Shown here piece by piece: positions 1 through 9,721 of a stretch of 64,000 nucleotides of DNA. Made by a program: the position numbers and the translations under genes. The stretch comes from Gemmatimonadota bacterium (lineage in GTDB: Bacteria > Gemmatimonadota > Gemmatimonadetes > Palauibacterales > Palauibacteraceae). Each line of letters begins with the position of its first letter. Positions within the stretch are counted from its first letter, which is position 1. The notes beneath the pieces were generated by a model, which searched no databases, was not told where the DNA came from, and saw only the letters and a list, made by a program, of their open reading frames with translations. The stretch is from positions 1 through 64,000 of the forward strand of contig JBHIAV010000004.1 in assembly GCA_046758745.1 (NCBI GenBank). The letters run 5' to 3'.

Positions 1-1
1 G

Positions 2-1780
2 CCGCCGCACGGCCGAACGGAGCGGCAGGACGAGGGAGGGCCGTCGGGACGGAGTGCCGGCTGGCGGGGGGGGATTCCGGCCTGGCCGGCCGGAGGGCGG
101 CTCCTCGCTTGCCTCCTGCTCGCCGGCTGCGACGGGGCTGACGGGCAGGGAGGGGCCCGCTCGGACTCGGCCTCCCCTGCCCCGTTCACCGATGTCACGG
201 CGGAGGTCGGGCTTGCCTTCGTGCACGACGCGGGGGTCGACTCCTCCTACTACATGCCGGAGAGCATCGGCTCCGGCGGCGCGTTCCTCGACTACGACGG
301 CGACGGGGATCTCGACATCTACCTGGTGAACGGAGCCCGGCGCGGGGTGGCCGGCCGGAGCCGGCCGCCGCTCCGAAACCGGCTCTTTCGACAGGAGGCG
401 GACGGGAGCTTCACGGACGTCACGGAGGCGAGCGGGCTCGGTGACCCCGGGTACGGAATGGGCGTGGCGGTCGGCGACATCGACAACGACGGCGATCCGG
501 ACGTGTACGTCACGAACGTCGGCCCCGACGCGCTGTACCGGAACGAGGGGGACGGGACGTTCGCCGAGATCTCCCGCGCCGCCGGAATCGGGAACCCGGC
601 GTGGGGCGCCTCCGCCGTCTTCTTCGACTACGACTCGGATGGTCTTCTCGATCTCTACGTGACGAACTACGTGGCGTTCGACTCGACGGTCGTGTGCACG
701 GACGAGGCCGGGCGGCCCGACTACTGCGGCCCGGCCGCCTTCCCCGGCGTGCCGGATGTCCTGTACCACAACGAGGGGAACGGCACCTTCGCCGACGTCT
801 CGGTCGCCTCGGGCATCGCGGCAGGACGCTCCAAGGGACTCGGGGTGGTCGCCGCGGACTTCGATCGGGATGGCCGGCAGGACCTTTACGTAGCGAACGA
901 CGGCGAGGCGAACCACCTGTGGCTGAACGAGGGAGACGGCACCTTCCGCGATGAGGCGGGCGCCCTGGGGGCGGCCGTGAACGCCCTCGGCCGGCCGGAG
1001 GCCGGGATGGGCATCGCCCTCGGGGACATCGATGAGGATGCGGACCTCGACCTCCTCATCACCCACCTGGGCGGGGAGACCAACACCCTGTACCGGCGCG
1101 CGGGGCCCTACGGCTACCAGGACGACACCTCCCTCGCCGGCCTGCACGGGCCGAGCCTCCCCTACACGGGCTTCGGAACGGGCTTCGTGGACTACGACCA
1201 GGACGGGGACCTGGACCTGGTCGTGGTGAACGGTCGGGTCATCCGCGGCCCCCCGCTCACCACCGGGCGCCCGCCCGACTGGTGGGACCCGTACGCCGAG
1301 CCCAATCAGCTGTTCGAGAACGACGGGGCCGGGCGCTTCCGGGAGGTGAGCGAGGGGGTCCCCGCCCTCTTCGAGGCGGTGGAGAACAGCCGTGGCCTCG
1401 CCTTCGGCGACGTGGACGAGGACGGCGACCTCGACCTGCTGATCACGAACGGTGGCGGGCCGGCTCGTCTGCTGCGGAGCGACGGGGCAAAGGGCCACTG
1501 GCTGATCGTGCGGGCGGTCGAGCCCGCCCTGCGGCGCGACGCGATCGGGGCCGAGGTCACCGTGGTGGCGGGCGGAAGGCGGCTGCACCGCATCGCAACC
1601 GCCGGAGAGAGCTTCCTGTCGAGCAGCGATCCGCGCGTCCATTTCGGTCTGGGGGACGCGGCGGAGGTGGAACGGATCCTCGTCCGCTGGCCGGACGGGA
1701 CGAGCGAGGCTTTTCCGGGCGTGGCCGCGGACCGAGCGGTCACGCTACGAAGGGGCGAGGGGGCGCCGGCGGATGGGTAG
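2..1780 (+). CDS. CRTAC1-family lipoprotein (FG-GAP/VCBS repeats + C-terminal ASPIC/UnbV domain), 5' end probably outside window
   Basis: Repeated DxDxDGDxDL motifs and C-terminal 'SFLSSSDPRVHFGLG...VRWPDG'. The frame is open upstream of the GTG at 221 to the window start and reads ...RLLACLLLAGCDG... (lipobox, Cys codon 128-130) then PFTDVTAEVGLAF. Confidence 0.88.
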   Translation, partial: PPHGRTERQDEGGPSGRSAGWRGGIPAWPAGGRLLACLLLAGCDGADGQGGARSDSASPAPFTDVTAEVGLAFVHDAGVDSSYYMPESIGSGGAFLDYDGDGDLDIYLVNGARRGVAGRSRPPLRNRLFRQEADGSFTDVTEASGLGDPGYGMGVAVGDIDNDGDPDVYVTNVGPDALYRNEGDGTFAEISRAAGIGNPAWGASAVFFDYDSDGLLDLYVTNYVAFDSTVVCTDEAGRPDYCGPAAFPGVPDVLYHNEGNGTFADVSVASGIAAGRSKGLGVVAADFDRDGRQDLYVANDGEANHLWLNEGDGTFRDEAGALGAAVNALGRPEAGMGIALGDIDEDADLDLLITHLGGETNTLYRRAGPYGYQDDTSLAGLHGPSLPYTGFGTGFVDYDQDGDLDLVVVNGRVIRGPPLTTGRPPDWWDPYAEPNQLFENDGAGRFREVSEGVPALFEAVENSRGLAFGDVDEDGDLDLLITNGGGPARLLRSDGAKGHWLIVRAVEPALRRDAIGAEVTVVAGGRRLHRIATAGESFLSSSDPRVHFGLGDAAEVERILVRWPDGTSEAFPGVAADRAVTLRRGEGAPADG

Positions 1781-1800
1781 GGCCCGGGCACCCTGTGGGC

Positions 1801-3393
1801 ATGGGTAGGAGCCGGCGCCGCCGCGGCCGCCGCACTGCAAGGGGGAAGCGGCGCTCCCGGAGGCCCTCCCCTGCCCCGCCGCGCCGGGCGGCGCGCCGCG
1901 CGACCCTCTACCTGGCCGGCTTCGCCCTCCTCCTCGCCGCCGGGATCGGCTCGTGGCGGCTCCTCGGACGGCACGATGCGTTGGAGCGGCTTCCGGACCC
2001 CGATCTCGCCGCCATGGAGCCGCAGGTGGCGGCGAGGATCCGGGCCCTCCGCGCCGCCGTCGAGCGCGACCCGAGCGACGGAGCCGGGTGGGGCCGTCTG
2101 GCCATGAGCCTCCACGTGCACGGCCTGGAGCGCGAAGCGCTCCCCGCCTATCGAGAGGCCGCCTCGCTCGAGCCAGGCGAGTTCCGGTGGCCCTACTACG
2201 CCGCGATCGCCCTGGCGAGCGGCGGCGGCTCGGAGGAAGCCCTCGCCTGGTTCGAGCGGGCCCGCTCCCTGCGGCCGGCCTACGCCCCGCTCGGCGTGCT
2301 GGAGGGAGAGGCACTCTTCGATGCGGGCCGCTACGAGGAGGCCGCGCGCGCCTTCGGCCGCGCCCTCCAGGCCGACTCGGCCCTCTCCCATGCCCACCTC
2401 GGCCTCGCCCGCCTCGCCCTGGCGAGGGGGAACGCGGAGGAGAGCCGCCGGCACCTCGAGCGGGCGGTGGCCACTGACCGCCGGCACGGCGAGGCCCGCG
2501 GGCTGCTGGCCGAGGCGTACCGGCGGCTCGGAGAGCCGGAGAGGGCCGACCTCGAGAGCCGCAAGGCGGAGATCCTGCCGAAAGTGACGCCGCTCGCCGA
2601 TCCCGTGTACCGAGAGCTGGCGAAGGAGGGGATCAGCTCCTTCTGGCGCCGGCGCCGCGGCCAGGCGTACCTGCAGGCCGGCCTCACCGAAGCGGCCATC
2701 GGGGAGCTCCGCGCGGCGCTCGAGGTGCGGCCGGATGCGGAGGCGCACGACAACCTCGGCTTCGCCCTCCACCAGGCCGGAGCGCGCGCCGAGGCGATCC
2801 GGCACTTCCGGGCCGCCCTCGAGCTCCGGCCCACCTACGCGCCGGCGCTCGTCCACCTGGGAACCGCACTGTTCGAGGCCGGCAGCGTCGAGGAGGCGAT
2901 CTCCTACGCCGAGGAGGCGACGCGGCGCGACCCCGCTCTCGCCGAGGCGTGGCACGAGCTCGGCCTCTTCCGGGCGAGCGCCGGCCGAGCCCGTGCGGCC
3001 GCGGAGGCGTTCCGCCAGGGCCTGGCGAGCGCCCGATACGACCTCCGCATCGCGGCGCGGCTGGCGTGGCTGCTGGCAGCCTCACCAGAAGCAGCCGTCC
3101 GGGATGGGACGGAGTCGGTGCGCGTAGCCGAAGAGGCCTGCGAGCTTACCGACTACCGGTTCCCCGAGCTGCTCGATGTCCTCGCGGCGGCATACGCCGA
3201 GACAGGGCGCTTCGATCGTGCGATCGAGACGGCTCGGGCCGCCGGGCGGCTGGCGACTGCCGCCGGGCAAGATGAGCTGGCGGCGCGAATCGGAGGCCGC
3301 CTCGCCCTGTACGAGGCCGGACGAGCGTACCGAGAGCCCGGGCCACGAGGGTCCGCAGCTGAACCTGCGACCCCCCGCTCCCAAAGCTCCTGA
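1801..3393 (+). CDS. Membrane-anchored tetratricopeptide repeat protein
   Basis: ATG at 1801, Arg-rich N-terminus, one hydrophobic helix (LYLAGFALLLAAGIG), many TPR-like units (AHDNLGFAL, ALVHLGTAL), C-terminal 'LAWLLAA...LDVLAAAYAETGRF'. Confidence 0.85.
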   Translation: MGRSRRRRGRRTARGKRRSRRPSPAPPRRAARRATLYLAGFALLLAAGIGSWRLLGRHDALERLPDPDLAAMEPQVAARIRALRAAVERDPSDGAGWGRLAMSLHVHGLEREALPAYREAASLEPGEFRWPYYAAIALASGGGSEEALAWFERARSLRPAYAPLGVLEGEALFDAGRYEEAARAFGRALQADSALSHAHLGLARLALARGNAEESRRHLERAVATDRRHGEARGLLAEAYRRLGEPERADLESRKAEILPKVTPLADPVYRELAKEGISSFWRRRRGQAYLQAGLTEAAIGELRAALEVRPDAEAHDNLGFALHQAGARAEAIRHFRAALELRPTYAPALVHLGTALFEAGSVEEAISYAEEATRRDPALAEAWHELGLFRASAGRARAAAEAFRQGLASARYDLRIAARLAWLLAASPEAAVRDGTESVRVAEEACELTDYRFPELLDVLAAAYAETGRFDRAIETARAAGRLATAAGQDELAARIGGRLALYEAGRAYREPGPRGSAAEPATPRSQSS

Positions 3394-3402
3394 CCCACCC
3401 GC

Positions 3403-4176
3403 CTACAGCCTCCGGAAGATCCCCTTGAGCCGGAGCGCCCACACCCGCCACACCGCCTCGCGCACGATCGTCCCCGACATCTTGCTCTCGCCGGTGGGGC
3501 GGTCCACGAATACGATCGAGATCTCCCCCAGACGGAAGCCGAGCTTCCACGCCCGGAACGCCATCTCGATCTGAAACGCGTAGCCGGTCGAGCCCACCTT
3601 CGAGAGGTCGATCGCCTCCAGCACCTCTCGCCGGAAGCACTTGAAGCCGCCGGTGGAGTCGGTGAGGGGGAGCCCCGTCACCCACCGGGCGTACTTGTTG
3701 GCGAACCAGCTGAGAAGGAGGCGCGTCATCGGCCAGTTCACCACGTTGACGCCCCGCACGTACCGGGATCCGATCACCAGGTCGTATTCCTCCTCGGCGG
3801 CGCGCAGCAGATCCGGGAGAAACTTCGGGTCGTGCGACCGGTCGGCGTCCATCTCGAGCAGGTAGTCGTATCCCTCCTCGAGCCCGTGCCGGAAGCCTGT
3901 GAGGTAGGCGGAGCCGAGGCCGAGCTTGCCCGGTCGGTGGAGCACACGCACGCGGGGCTCCGAGGCCGCCAGCTCGTCGGCGATGCGGCCCGTTCCGTCG
4001 GGCGATGCATCGTCGATGATGAGGACGTCGATGCGCGCGTCCTGGGCCAGGACCCGGGGCACCAGGAGCGCCAGGTTACCCGCCTCGTTGTAGGTCGGCA
4101 TCACGACGAGGGCACGGCCCTCTCCCCGCGGCGTCGCGCCCCCCTGCTCCGCGCCGTGCGGCGACTCGTCGCTCAC
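3403..4176 (-). CDS. Polyprenol-monophosphomannose synthase-like GT2 (Dpm1/Ppm1 family)
   Basis: 'VVMPTYNEA', 'DDASPDGT', 'GKLGLGSAY', 'EMDADRSHDP', 'GYAFQIEM', 'GESKMS'. Confidence 0.9.
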   Translation of the reverse strand: MSDESPHGAEQGGATPRGEGRALVVMPTYNEAGNLALLVPRVLAQDARIDVLIIDDASPDGTGRIADELAASEPRVRVLHRPGKLGLGSAYLTGFRHGLEEGYDYLLEMDADRSHDPKFLPDLLRAAEEEYDLVIGSRYVRGVNVVNWPMTRLLLSWFANKYARWVTGLPLTDSTGGFKCFRREVLEAIDLSKVGSTGYAFQIEMAFRAWKLGFRLGEISIVFVDRPTGESKMSGTIVREAVWRVWALRLKGIFRRL

Positions 4177-4212
4177 CGGCCGACCTCCTTCATGTCCACC
4201 GCTCCGCCGCGT

Positions 4213-5223
4213 TCATCCTCGGCCAAGGCCCGGTGAGGGCCCTTCCGTCGGCCGCCGTCGATCCACCGGCAGGGCCACCAGGGCGAGCGCCAGTAGCTCG
4301 GACGCTACCACCCAGATGCGCGCCAGGACAGCCACTGCGGCGGCGACGCCGAGGGAGAGCGGGGTGAGCGCAGCGAGGAGACCGGCGAGGGCACCCTCGC
4401 GCACGACCAGCCCGCCGGGCGCGACGAGCACCACGTATCCGGCGACGTATGCCGCGGCGAAGATTCCGGTGAGGGTCTGCGGCGCGGCCTGGGCATCGCC
4501 GGTGAGGCCGCGGAGCAGGCACCACAGGCCGAGCCCGTAGAGCGCCCACGCGGCAAGGAGGCTTGCCCCCGCCGCCGCGAGCTCCCGGCCGCCGAGCCGC
4601 TTCACCGCCACGTCCTCCCGCATCCAGCGGGCCGCGGCCCCCGTGGCGCGCTGCAGGACGGCCGGATGCAGCAGCGCCAGCAACGCGGCCGCGAGGATCG
4701 CCACGCCGGCACCCGAGCCAGCGGGCAGCAGCTCGAAGCGCAGGCCCAGGACCGAGAGCCCCACGGCGATCCCGGTGCCGACCACGAGGATCTGGAACGC
4801 GAGCGAGGAGAAGAGCGCGGCCGTCCCCGACCGCCCCGTTCGCCGCATGTACAGGGCGAGGCCTCCGAGCTGCCACAGCTTGCCGGGGATGTACCGGCCC
4901 ATGTTCGTGATCACCCACACCCGCACTCCTTCCCCCCCACGGATGACGCCCCCGGTGGCCCGAAACAGCCGCACCCAGATCTTTGCCATCCAGAAGAGGT
5001 TCGCGGTGGCGAGGAGGAGGGCGGCGGCGAGCCACCCGGCCCGCACATCCCAGTGGAACTCCCGGATCTCGGCCTCGAGTCGTCGGAACTCCGCCCAACG
5101 CTCGCCCAGGAGCAGGAGGATGAACAGACCGGCGAGGAGGAGGAAGAGCGCGATGGCGAGCCTCCACCGCACACTCCGTTTCGGCGAGGAGGTCCCCGCG
5201 GACACCGCCGGCCTCTCCGTCAC
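4213..5223 (-). CDS. Lysylphosphatidylglycerol synthase TM / AglD-like flippase-domain membrane protein
   Basis: GTG at 5223 overlaps the upstream stop (GTGA); about 8 TM segments; 'GRYIPGKLW' and 'APGGLVVREG' family motifs. Confidence 0.8.
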   Translation of the reverse strand: MTERPAVSAGTSSPKRSVRWRLAIALFLLLAGLFILLLLGERWAEFRRLEAEIREFHWDVRAGWLAAALLLATANLFWMAKIWVRLFRATGGVIRGGEGVRVWVITNMGRYIPGKLWQLGGLALYMRRTGRSGTAALFSSLAFQILVVGTGIAVGLSVLGLRFELLPAGSGAGVAILAAALLALLHPAVLQRATGAAARWMREDVAVKRLGGRELAAAGASLLAAWALYGLGLWCLLRGLTGDAQAAPQTLTGIFAAAYVAGYVVLVAPGGLVVREGALAGLLAALTPLSLGVAAAVAVLARIWVVASELLALALVALPVDRRRPTEGPSPGLGRG

Positions 5224-7661
5224 CCCAGCGCCATCATCGGTGGCGCGCCGTCTCCCCCGGCCCGCTTCCCGCGCCGCTCGGCCGCCATCAGCCATCCGAG
5301 GCCGAGAAGCACGGCCGCCAGGGAGAGCCCCGAGATGAGGAATCCGGTCCGGAACTCGGCCGCCGAGTAGGTGAAGCGCAGCTCGTGCTCGCCCTCCGGC
5401 ACCACCACGCCGCGGAAGGCGACGTTCGTGCGCAGCACCTCGGTCTGCGACCCATCCACGTAGGCGCGCCAGCTCGGGTGAAAGATCTCGCTCACAAAGA
5501 GGAGCCCGCCCTGTTCGGCGCTCACCCGCAGTACGATCTCGTTGGGGGCGTAGCTCTCGATCCTCGCCTCCCCGCGGCCGGCGGGCGGGGCCTCCGCCGC
5601 CTCCACCACGGCGAGCTCCCCGGGATCGCTGAGCTCGAGCACCCTGCGCAGCGCCTCCGCCGTGTCGCGCGCCGCCTCCACGCGGGCCGGGAAGAAGGCG
5701 TGCGGCGCGTCCGCCTCGAGACGGGCGAGGTGCTTGCCGACCGCATCCGCCACCGGCGCGATGATCCCGCTCGGCTGCACCCGCTGCGGGCTGACGAAGT
5801 AGCGAAGGTCGACGAGCCCCCACAGCGCCGGGCGATTCAGGTTTCGGTATTCGCGGGGCGTCAGGCCGCCGAAGAACCGCTCGCTCCACTCGAGGCGGAA
5901 GTTCTGGTTCCCGGTGAGGGTCGGGATGCGAAAGGTCATGAGCTGGTTCGGCCGGTAGCTGCCCGGGAGCGGATACACCCGCTCGCCGGGCTCGAGCTCG
6001 CTCTCGAGGTATCGTATGACGGGGTCGGTGGCGAACTCCTCCTCTGGGGTGGTGGTGAGGAGGTAGGACGCGTCCACCCGCCACTGGTCGACGACCAGGA
6101 GGAGCAGCAGGATGAGGACGCTCCGCGGCGGAATCCGCCGGCGCGCGACCGCCCGGGCCACCGCCAGCGTCGCCCCCCATCCGATGAGTACGAGCCAGCC
6201 GTCGGCGCGCAGCCGACCGGGGAGGGCGTCCGGCGGCGGCGGCCAGCCGTCCGGGTACCAGGCGTGGTAGACCCAGCGGAGGAGCCCGTCCGGACCGAGG
6301 GCGGCCGCCGCGGCAAGAAGGAGGATCGGGACGGAAGCGGCCCAGATCCAGGGCCAAGGCAAAGCGCCGGCGGGTCGCCGGCCCTCGCTCCTGGCCACGG
6401 AGTGTTTCTGCACGCTCCCGCGGTGCGAAGAGCCCGAGCGCCGGGAGGGCTTCGCGGCGGTCCCGCGCGCGTCCAGCACCCGCTGCCATCCGATTCCGGC
6501 CAGGAGCGCGATGAAGAGCGCGACGGGACCCAGCATCATCGAGGGGGCCCGGAACCTCCCGAGCATCGGCACGACGGCGTACGCGACGCGGTGCACCGGC
6601 GTGGCCGCCCCCAGAGCGAAGAGGAGCCCGAGCAGGGAGATCCCGCCGAGCCACCACACGCGACGATCCCGCCGGCCTCCCATCACCGCCACCAGGGCGA
6701 GGGCGAGGGGGACGGCTCCGAGGTACTCGGTGTGCAGCTTGAACGGGTTCGAGCCCCAGTAGAGGCCCGGGAGCGAACCGATCAGGTCCGGGAGGAGGAG
6801 CGCGCTCAGCTCCTGGGGCGGGAGCGCCCACGAGGAGGCGAAGGCGTAGCCCGACTCCCCTCCCCCGCCCCGTACGGCGATGTCCAGGATGCGGTACGTC
6901 GGGAGGAGCTGCGCCGTTCCCACGAGCGCGGCGACCACGAACGCGAGCGCGGTGAGCCCGGCGAGGCGAAGCGCCATCCCCTTGCCCTCCTCCGCCTCCC
7001 CCCACCACTCCACGATCCGAAGCAGCGCGTACAGCGAGAGGGCCAGGGAGGAGAAGTACATCACCTGCACGTGCGGCGTGAAGATCTGGAGCGCCACCAC
7101 CAGGCCGAGGGCGAGGAACCACTTCACGCGCCCGCTTGCGAGCCCGCGCTCGAGGAGCGCGAAGGCGAGGGGGATGAGGACCATGCCGAACATGCGGCCG
7201 TCGTGCCCGCCGTACAGGGTCGACACCACGAACCCGGTGAACATGAACGCGAGCCCCGACACCGCCGCGGCCCACTTGCCGACCCGCAGGGAGAGCGCCG
7301 CGTAGTAGGCGAACGCCCCGGCGAGCGCGGTGTGGAGCACGAAGGTCCAGCCGATCGCCCGGTACAGCGGCATCACGAGGTAGAGAAGGCTCGTAGGATA
7401 GAAGACGGGACCCGGCAGGATCGCCAGATACGGCAGCCCCCCGTACACGAACGGATTCCACAGCGGGAAGCCCCGTCCGGAGCGGATCTCCTCGACCCCG
7501 AACTGCCGCAGCTGGTAGGCCTGGTCCAGCATGTCGGTGCCGAACAGCATGCGGCCGGGCCAGAAGACGAACTCCCCGTAGAAGAGGAGGGCGAGGGCGG
7601 CCGCCGAGGCGAGAAAGAGGGCCGTGCCCCGACTACGGAACCGGCCCGGCGCTTCAGCCAT
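5220..7661 (-). CDS. YfhO-family GT-C membrane glycosyltransferase
   Basis: 'PLWNPFVYGGLP...FYP', many TM helices, C-terminal 'LFVSEIFHPSWRAYVDG...RTNVAFRGVVVPEGEHEL'. Confidence 0.88.
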   Translation of the reverse strand: MAEAPGRFRSRGTALFLASAAALALLFYGEFVFWPGRMLFGTDMLDQAYQLRQFGVEEIRSGRGFPLWNPFVYGGLPYLAILPGPVFYPTSLLYLVMPLYRAIGWTFVLHTALAGAFAYYAALSLRVGKWAAAVSGLAFMFTGFVVSTLYGGHDGRMFGMVLIPLAFALLERGLASGRVKWFLALGLVVALQIFTPHVQVMYFSSLALSLYALLRIVEWWGEAEEGKGMALRLAGLTALAFVVAALVGTAQLLPTYRILDIAVRGGGGESGYAFASSWALPPQELSALLLPDLIGSLPGLYWGSNPFKLHTEYLGAVPLALALVAVMGGRRDRRVWWLGGISLLGLLFALGAATPVHRVAYAVVPMLGRFRAPSMMLGPVALFIALLAGIGWQRVLDARGTAAKPSRRSGSSHRGSVQKHSVARSEGRRPAGALPWPWIWAASVPILLLAAAAALGPDGLLRWVYHAWYPDGWPPPPDALPGRLRADGWLVLIGWGATLAVARAVARRRIPPRSVLILLLLLVVDQWRVDASYLLTTTPEEEFATDPVIRYLESELEPGERVYPLPGSYRPNQLMTFRIPTLTGNQNFRLEWSERFFGGLTPREYRNLNRPALWGLVDLRYFVSPQRVQPSGIIAPVADAVGKHLARLEADAPHAFFPARVEAARDTAEALRRVLELSDPGELAVVEAAEAPPAGRGEARIESYAPNEIVLRVSAEQGGLLFVSEIFHPSWRAYVDGSQTEVLRTNVAFRGVVVPEGEHELRFTYSAAEFRTGFLISGLSLAAVLLGLGWLMAAERRGKRAGGDGAPPMMALG

Positions 7662-8505
7662 CGCGCTTCGCCCTGTGGGGAGCCGGCGTCGCCCGATCCC
7701 CTTCTCCTCCCTCCTCCGCTGCGCGCGCTACGGATCCATCGCTCCCGGCGTGCCCGGAGGCTCCGGCGGCGGCTCCCGGCCTTTCCAGCAGGAAAAACCA
7801 CTGGGGCGACAGGAGCCGGAGCAGGGCTTGCCGGAGCCCGCCCGGCAGGCGGCGAACGACACGCCAGCCCCGCGCCCACCCCCCTCCCCACACCTCCTCG
7901 ATCAGCTCGTCGATCGCCCGCTCCGTGTCGTCAGTGATCCGGAAGCCCGCCTCGGTCATGCGGCGCACAAGCGGACCATACGTGAGAAAGCGGATCCGTT
8001 CGTAGCCGGGCCCCCGCCCCGTGAGGCGCACGTAGGCGCCCGCCGCGCCCTTCGGCAGCCAGCTGAGGAAGGGGAGCCGGTAGTGAGGCTCCATGACGGC
8101 CAGCCGGCTCCCCGCCGTCACATACGCCCGGCCGCCGGGCCGAAGCACCCGGAAGATCTCCCGGAACAGGAGGGCCGGGTCCCCCACGTGCTCGTACAGG
8201 TGGTTCGCGATGACGAAATCGAAAGTGCCGTCCGCCACCGGGAGACACAGCGCGTCCGCCCCGGCTACCCGATCGCGCTCGACCAGCATTGGAACATCTA
8301 TTTCGAATCCTAGTACAGGCTTGTGGAACTCTAGCTCGAGCGTTTTCTTAAGAATGCCGGTCCCCGAGCCGAGGTCGGCGATCCGCTCCGCACTCTCCAG
8401 GTGCCGGCGGCACAGGTGGGCGATCACGCCGGCCTTTTCGCGACGCGCTTCCCGGTACGCCGCCGAGCCGACGAAACGCGCGTACCGGTCCGGCCTACCT
8501 CCCAC
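7654..8505 (-). CDS. Class I SAM-dependent methyltransferase
   Basis: 'IADLGSGTG', 'ADALCLPVADGTFDFV', 'HLYEHV', 'RVLRPGG'; start taken as GTG at 8505. Confidence 0.85.
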   Translation of the reverse strand: MGGRPDRYARFVGSAAYREARREKAGVIAHLCRRHLESAERIADLGSGTGILKKTLELEFHKPVLGFEIDVPMLVERDRVAGADALCLPVADGTFDFVIANHLYEHVGDPALLFREIFRVLRPGGRAYVTAGSRLAVMEPHYRLPFLSWLPKGAAGAYVRLTGRGPGYERIRFLTYGPLVRRMTEAGFRITDDTERAIDELIEEVWGGGWARGWRVVRRLPGGLRQALLRLLSPQWFFLLERPGAAAGASGHAGSDGSVARAAEEGGEGDRATPAPHRAKRDG

Positions 8506-9721
8506 GTCGCCTCCGGATCGCCTCCTCGTAGCAGCGGCGCGTCGCCTCAAGGATCCCCTCCCAGGAGAAGCGCTCCCTCCCCATGCGCCGGCCCTCCCGG
8601 GCCACGCGACGCGCGCCTTCCGGTTCGGCCGCGATCTCCTCGAGCGTGCTCGCGAGCGCCTTTGGATCTCCGGGCGGTACCAGCCACCCCGATCGGCCAG
8701 GCTCGACGATGTCCGGGATGCCGCCGACCGCCGAGGCCACCACGGGTCGCTCGAAACGGAGCGCCTCGAGGAGCACCACCCCCAGGCCCTCGGTGTCGCC
8801 CTTTGTATCCACCACCGCGGGGAGCACGAAGATATCGGCCTCCTCGTAGCGGCGCGCCAGCTCCTCGCCGGAGATGCGGCCCGTGAGCTCCACCCGCTTC
8901 TCGAGGCCGAGCGCCGACACGGCGGCGCGGATCCTCTCCTCCCACTCCCCTTCCCCGACGATCGTGAGCCGGGCGTCCCGATCTTCCGGCAGGAGGGGCA
9001 TGGCACGGACCAGCACCTCCACCCCCTTCCGCTCCACCAGGCGCCCGACGAAGAGGAGACGCAGCGGACCGCCCCCGGACAGGGCGGGGCGGGACGGCGC
9101 GATCCCGTCATCGGCCAGGGCGGCGGCGAAGGGGATCACCGAGGCCTCGCGGCTCCCGAGTCGGCGAACGAGGCGCGCCGTGGAGGTCGAGATCGCCGTC
9201 ACCGCGTCGGCGGTACGGATCGTCCACCGGGCGAAGGGCCGGAGCCACGGGAGCCGGCGGTTCACCCAGTTCAGCTCGACGCTGTAGTAGCTGCACACCA
9301 TGGCGGTGCGCCCACCCGACCCGCTTCGGAGCGCCGCCCCGAGGAGGGCGTGCGGGACGGGCCAGTGGACGTGCACGACATCCGGCGCGTGGCGGCCCCA
9401 CGACCGCGCGGCCCGCACGCCGGTGAGCAGGTACGCGGGGACGAGTGCCGCGAAGCGGGGCGCGCGGCGAAGCCTGTCGGGCACCGTCTCGTCGTGGGTG
9501 AGCGTCTCCCAGCGCGCCGGGGCGTAGCGGAAGCGGTGCACGGGCACCCCGTGCACCAGGCCGGTGGGCACCTGATCGGCCGGACCTCCCCGGTACGCCG
9601 GCGTCAGGACGCTCGCTTCCACTCCGGCCGCCCGCTGGCGGCGGAGGAGCTCCACCAGCCACGGCGTGATGGGGTCTGCGGGACTCCGCGGGTAGGCGGT
9701 GACGATGTGGACGACCCTCAC
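8495..9721 (-). CDS. GT4 (GT-B) glycosyltransferase
   Basis: 'LFVGRLVERKG', 'EGLGVVLLEA', 'VGGIPDIV'; GTG at 9721 overlaps the upstream stop. Confidence 0.9.
   Translation of the reverse strand: MRVVHIVTAYPRSPADPITPWLVELLRRQRAAGVEASVLTPAYRGGPADQVPTGLVHGVPVHRFRYAPARWETLTHDETVPDRLRRAPRFAALVPAYLLTGVRAARSWGRHAPDVVHVHWPVPHALLGAALRSGSGGRTAMVCSYYSVELNWVNRRLPWLRPFARWTIRTADAVTAISTSTARLVRRLGSREASVIPFAAALADDGIAPSRPALSGGGPLRLLFVGRLVERKGVEVLVRAMPLLPEDRDARLTIVGEGEWEERIRAAVSALGLEKRVELTGRISGEELARRYEEADIFVLPAVVDTKGDTEGLGVVLLEALRFERPVVASAVGGIPDIVEPGRSGWLVPPGDPKALASTLEEIAAEPEGARRVAREGRRMGRERFSWEGILEATRRCYEEAIRRRRGR

Noticed and set aside
1773-1809. ATGGGTAGG repeated 28 bp apart at the CRTAC1/TPR junction
   Set aside because: Only 9 bp; chance or a trivial local duplication.
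5385-7937. Long antisense and alternate-frame ORFs (also 28437-30449, 33675-35993, 52015-54456, 58240-61047)
   Set aside because: Shadow ORFs expected at high GC; they overlap well-supported genes and have Arg/Pro/Ala-rich, motif-free translations.
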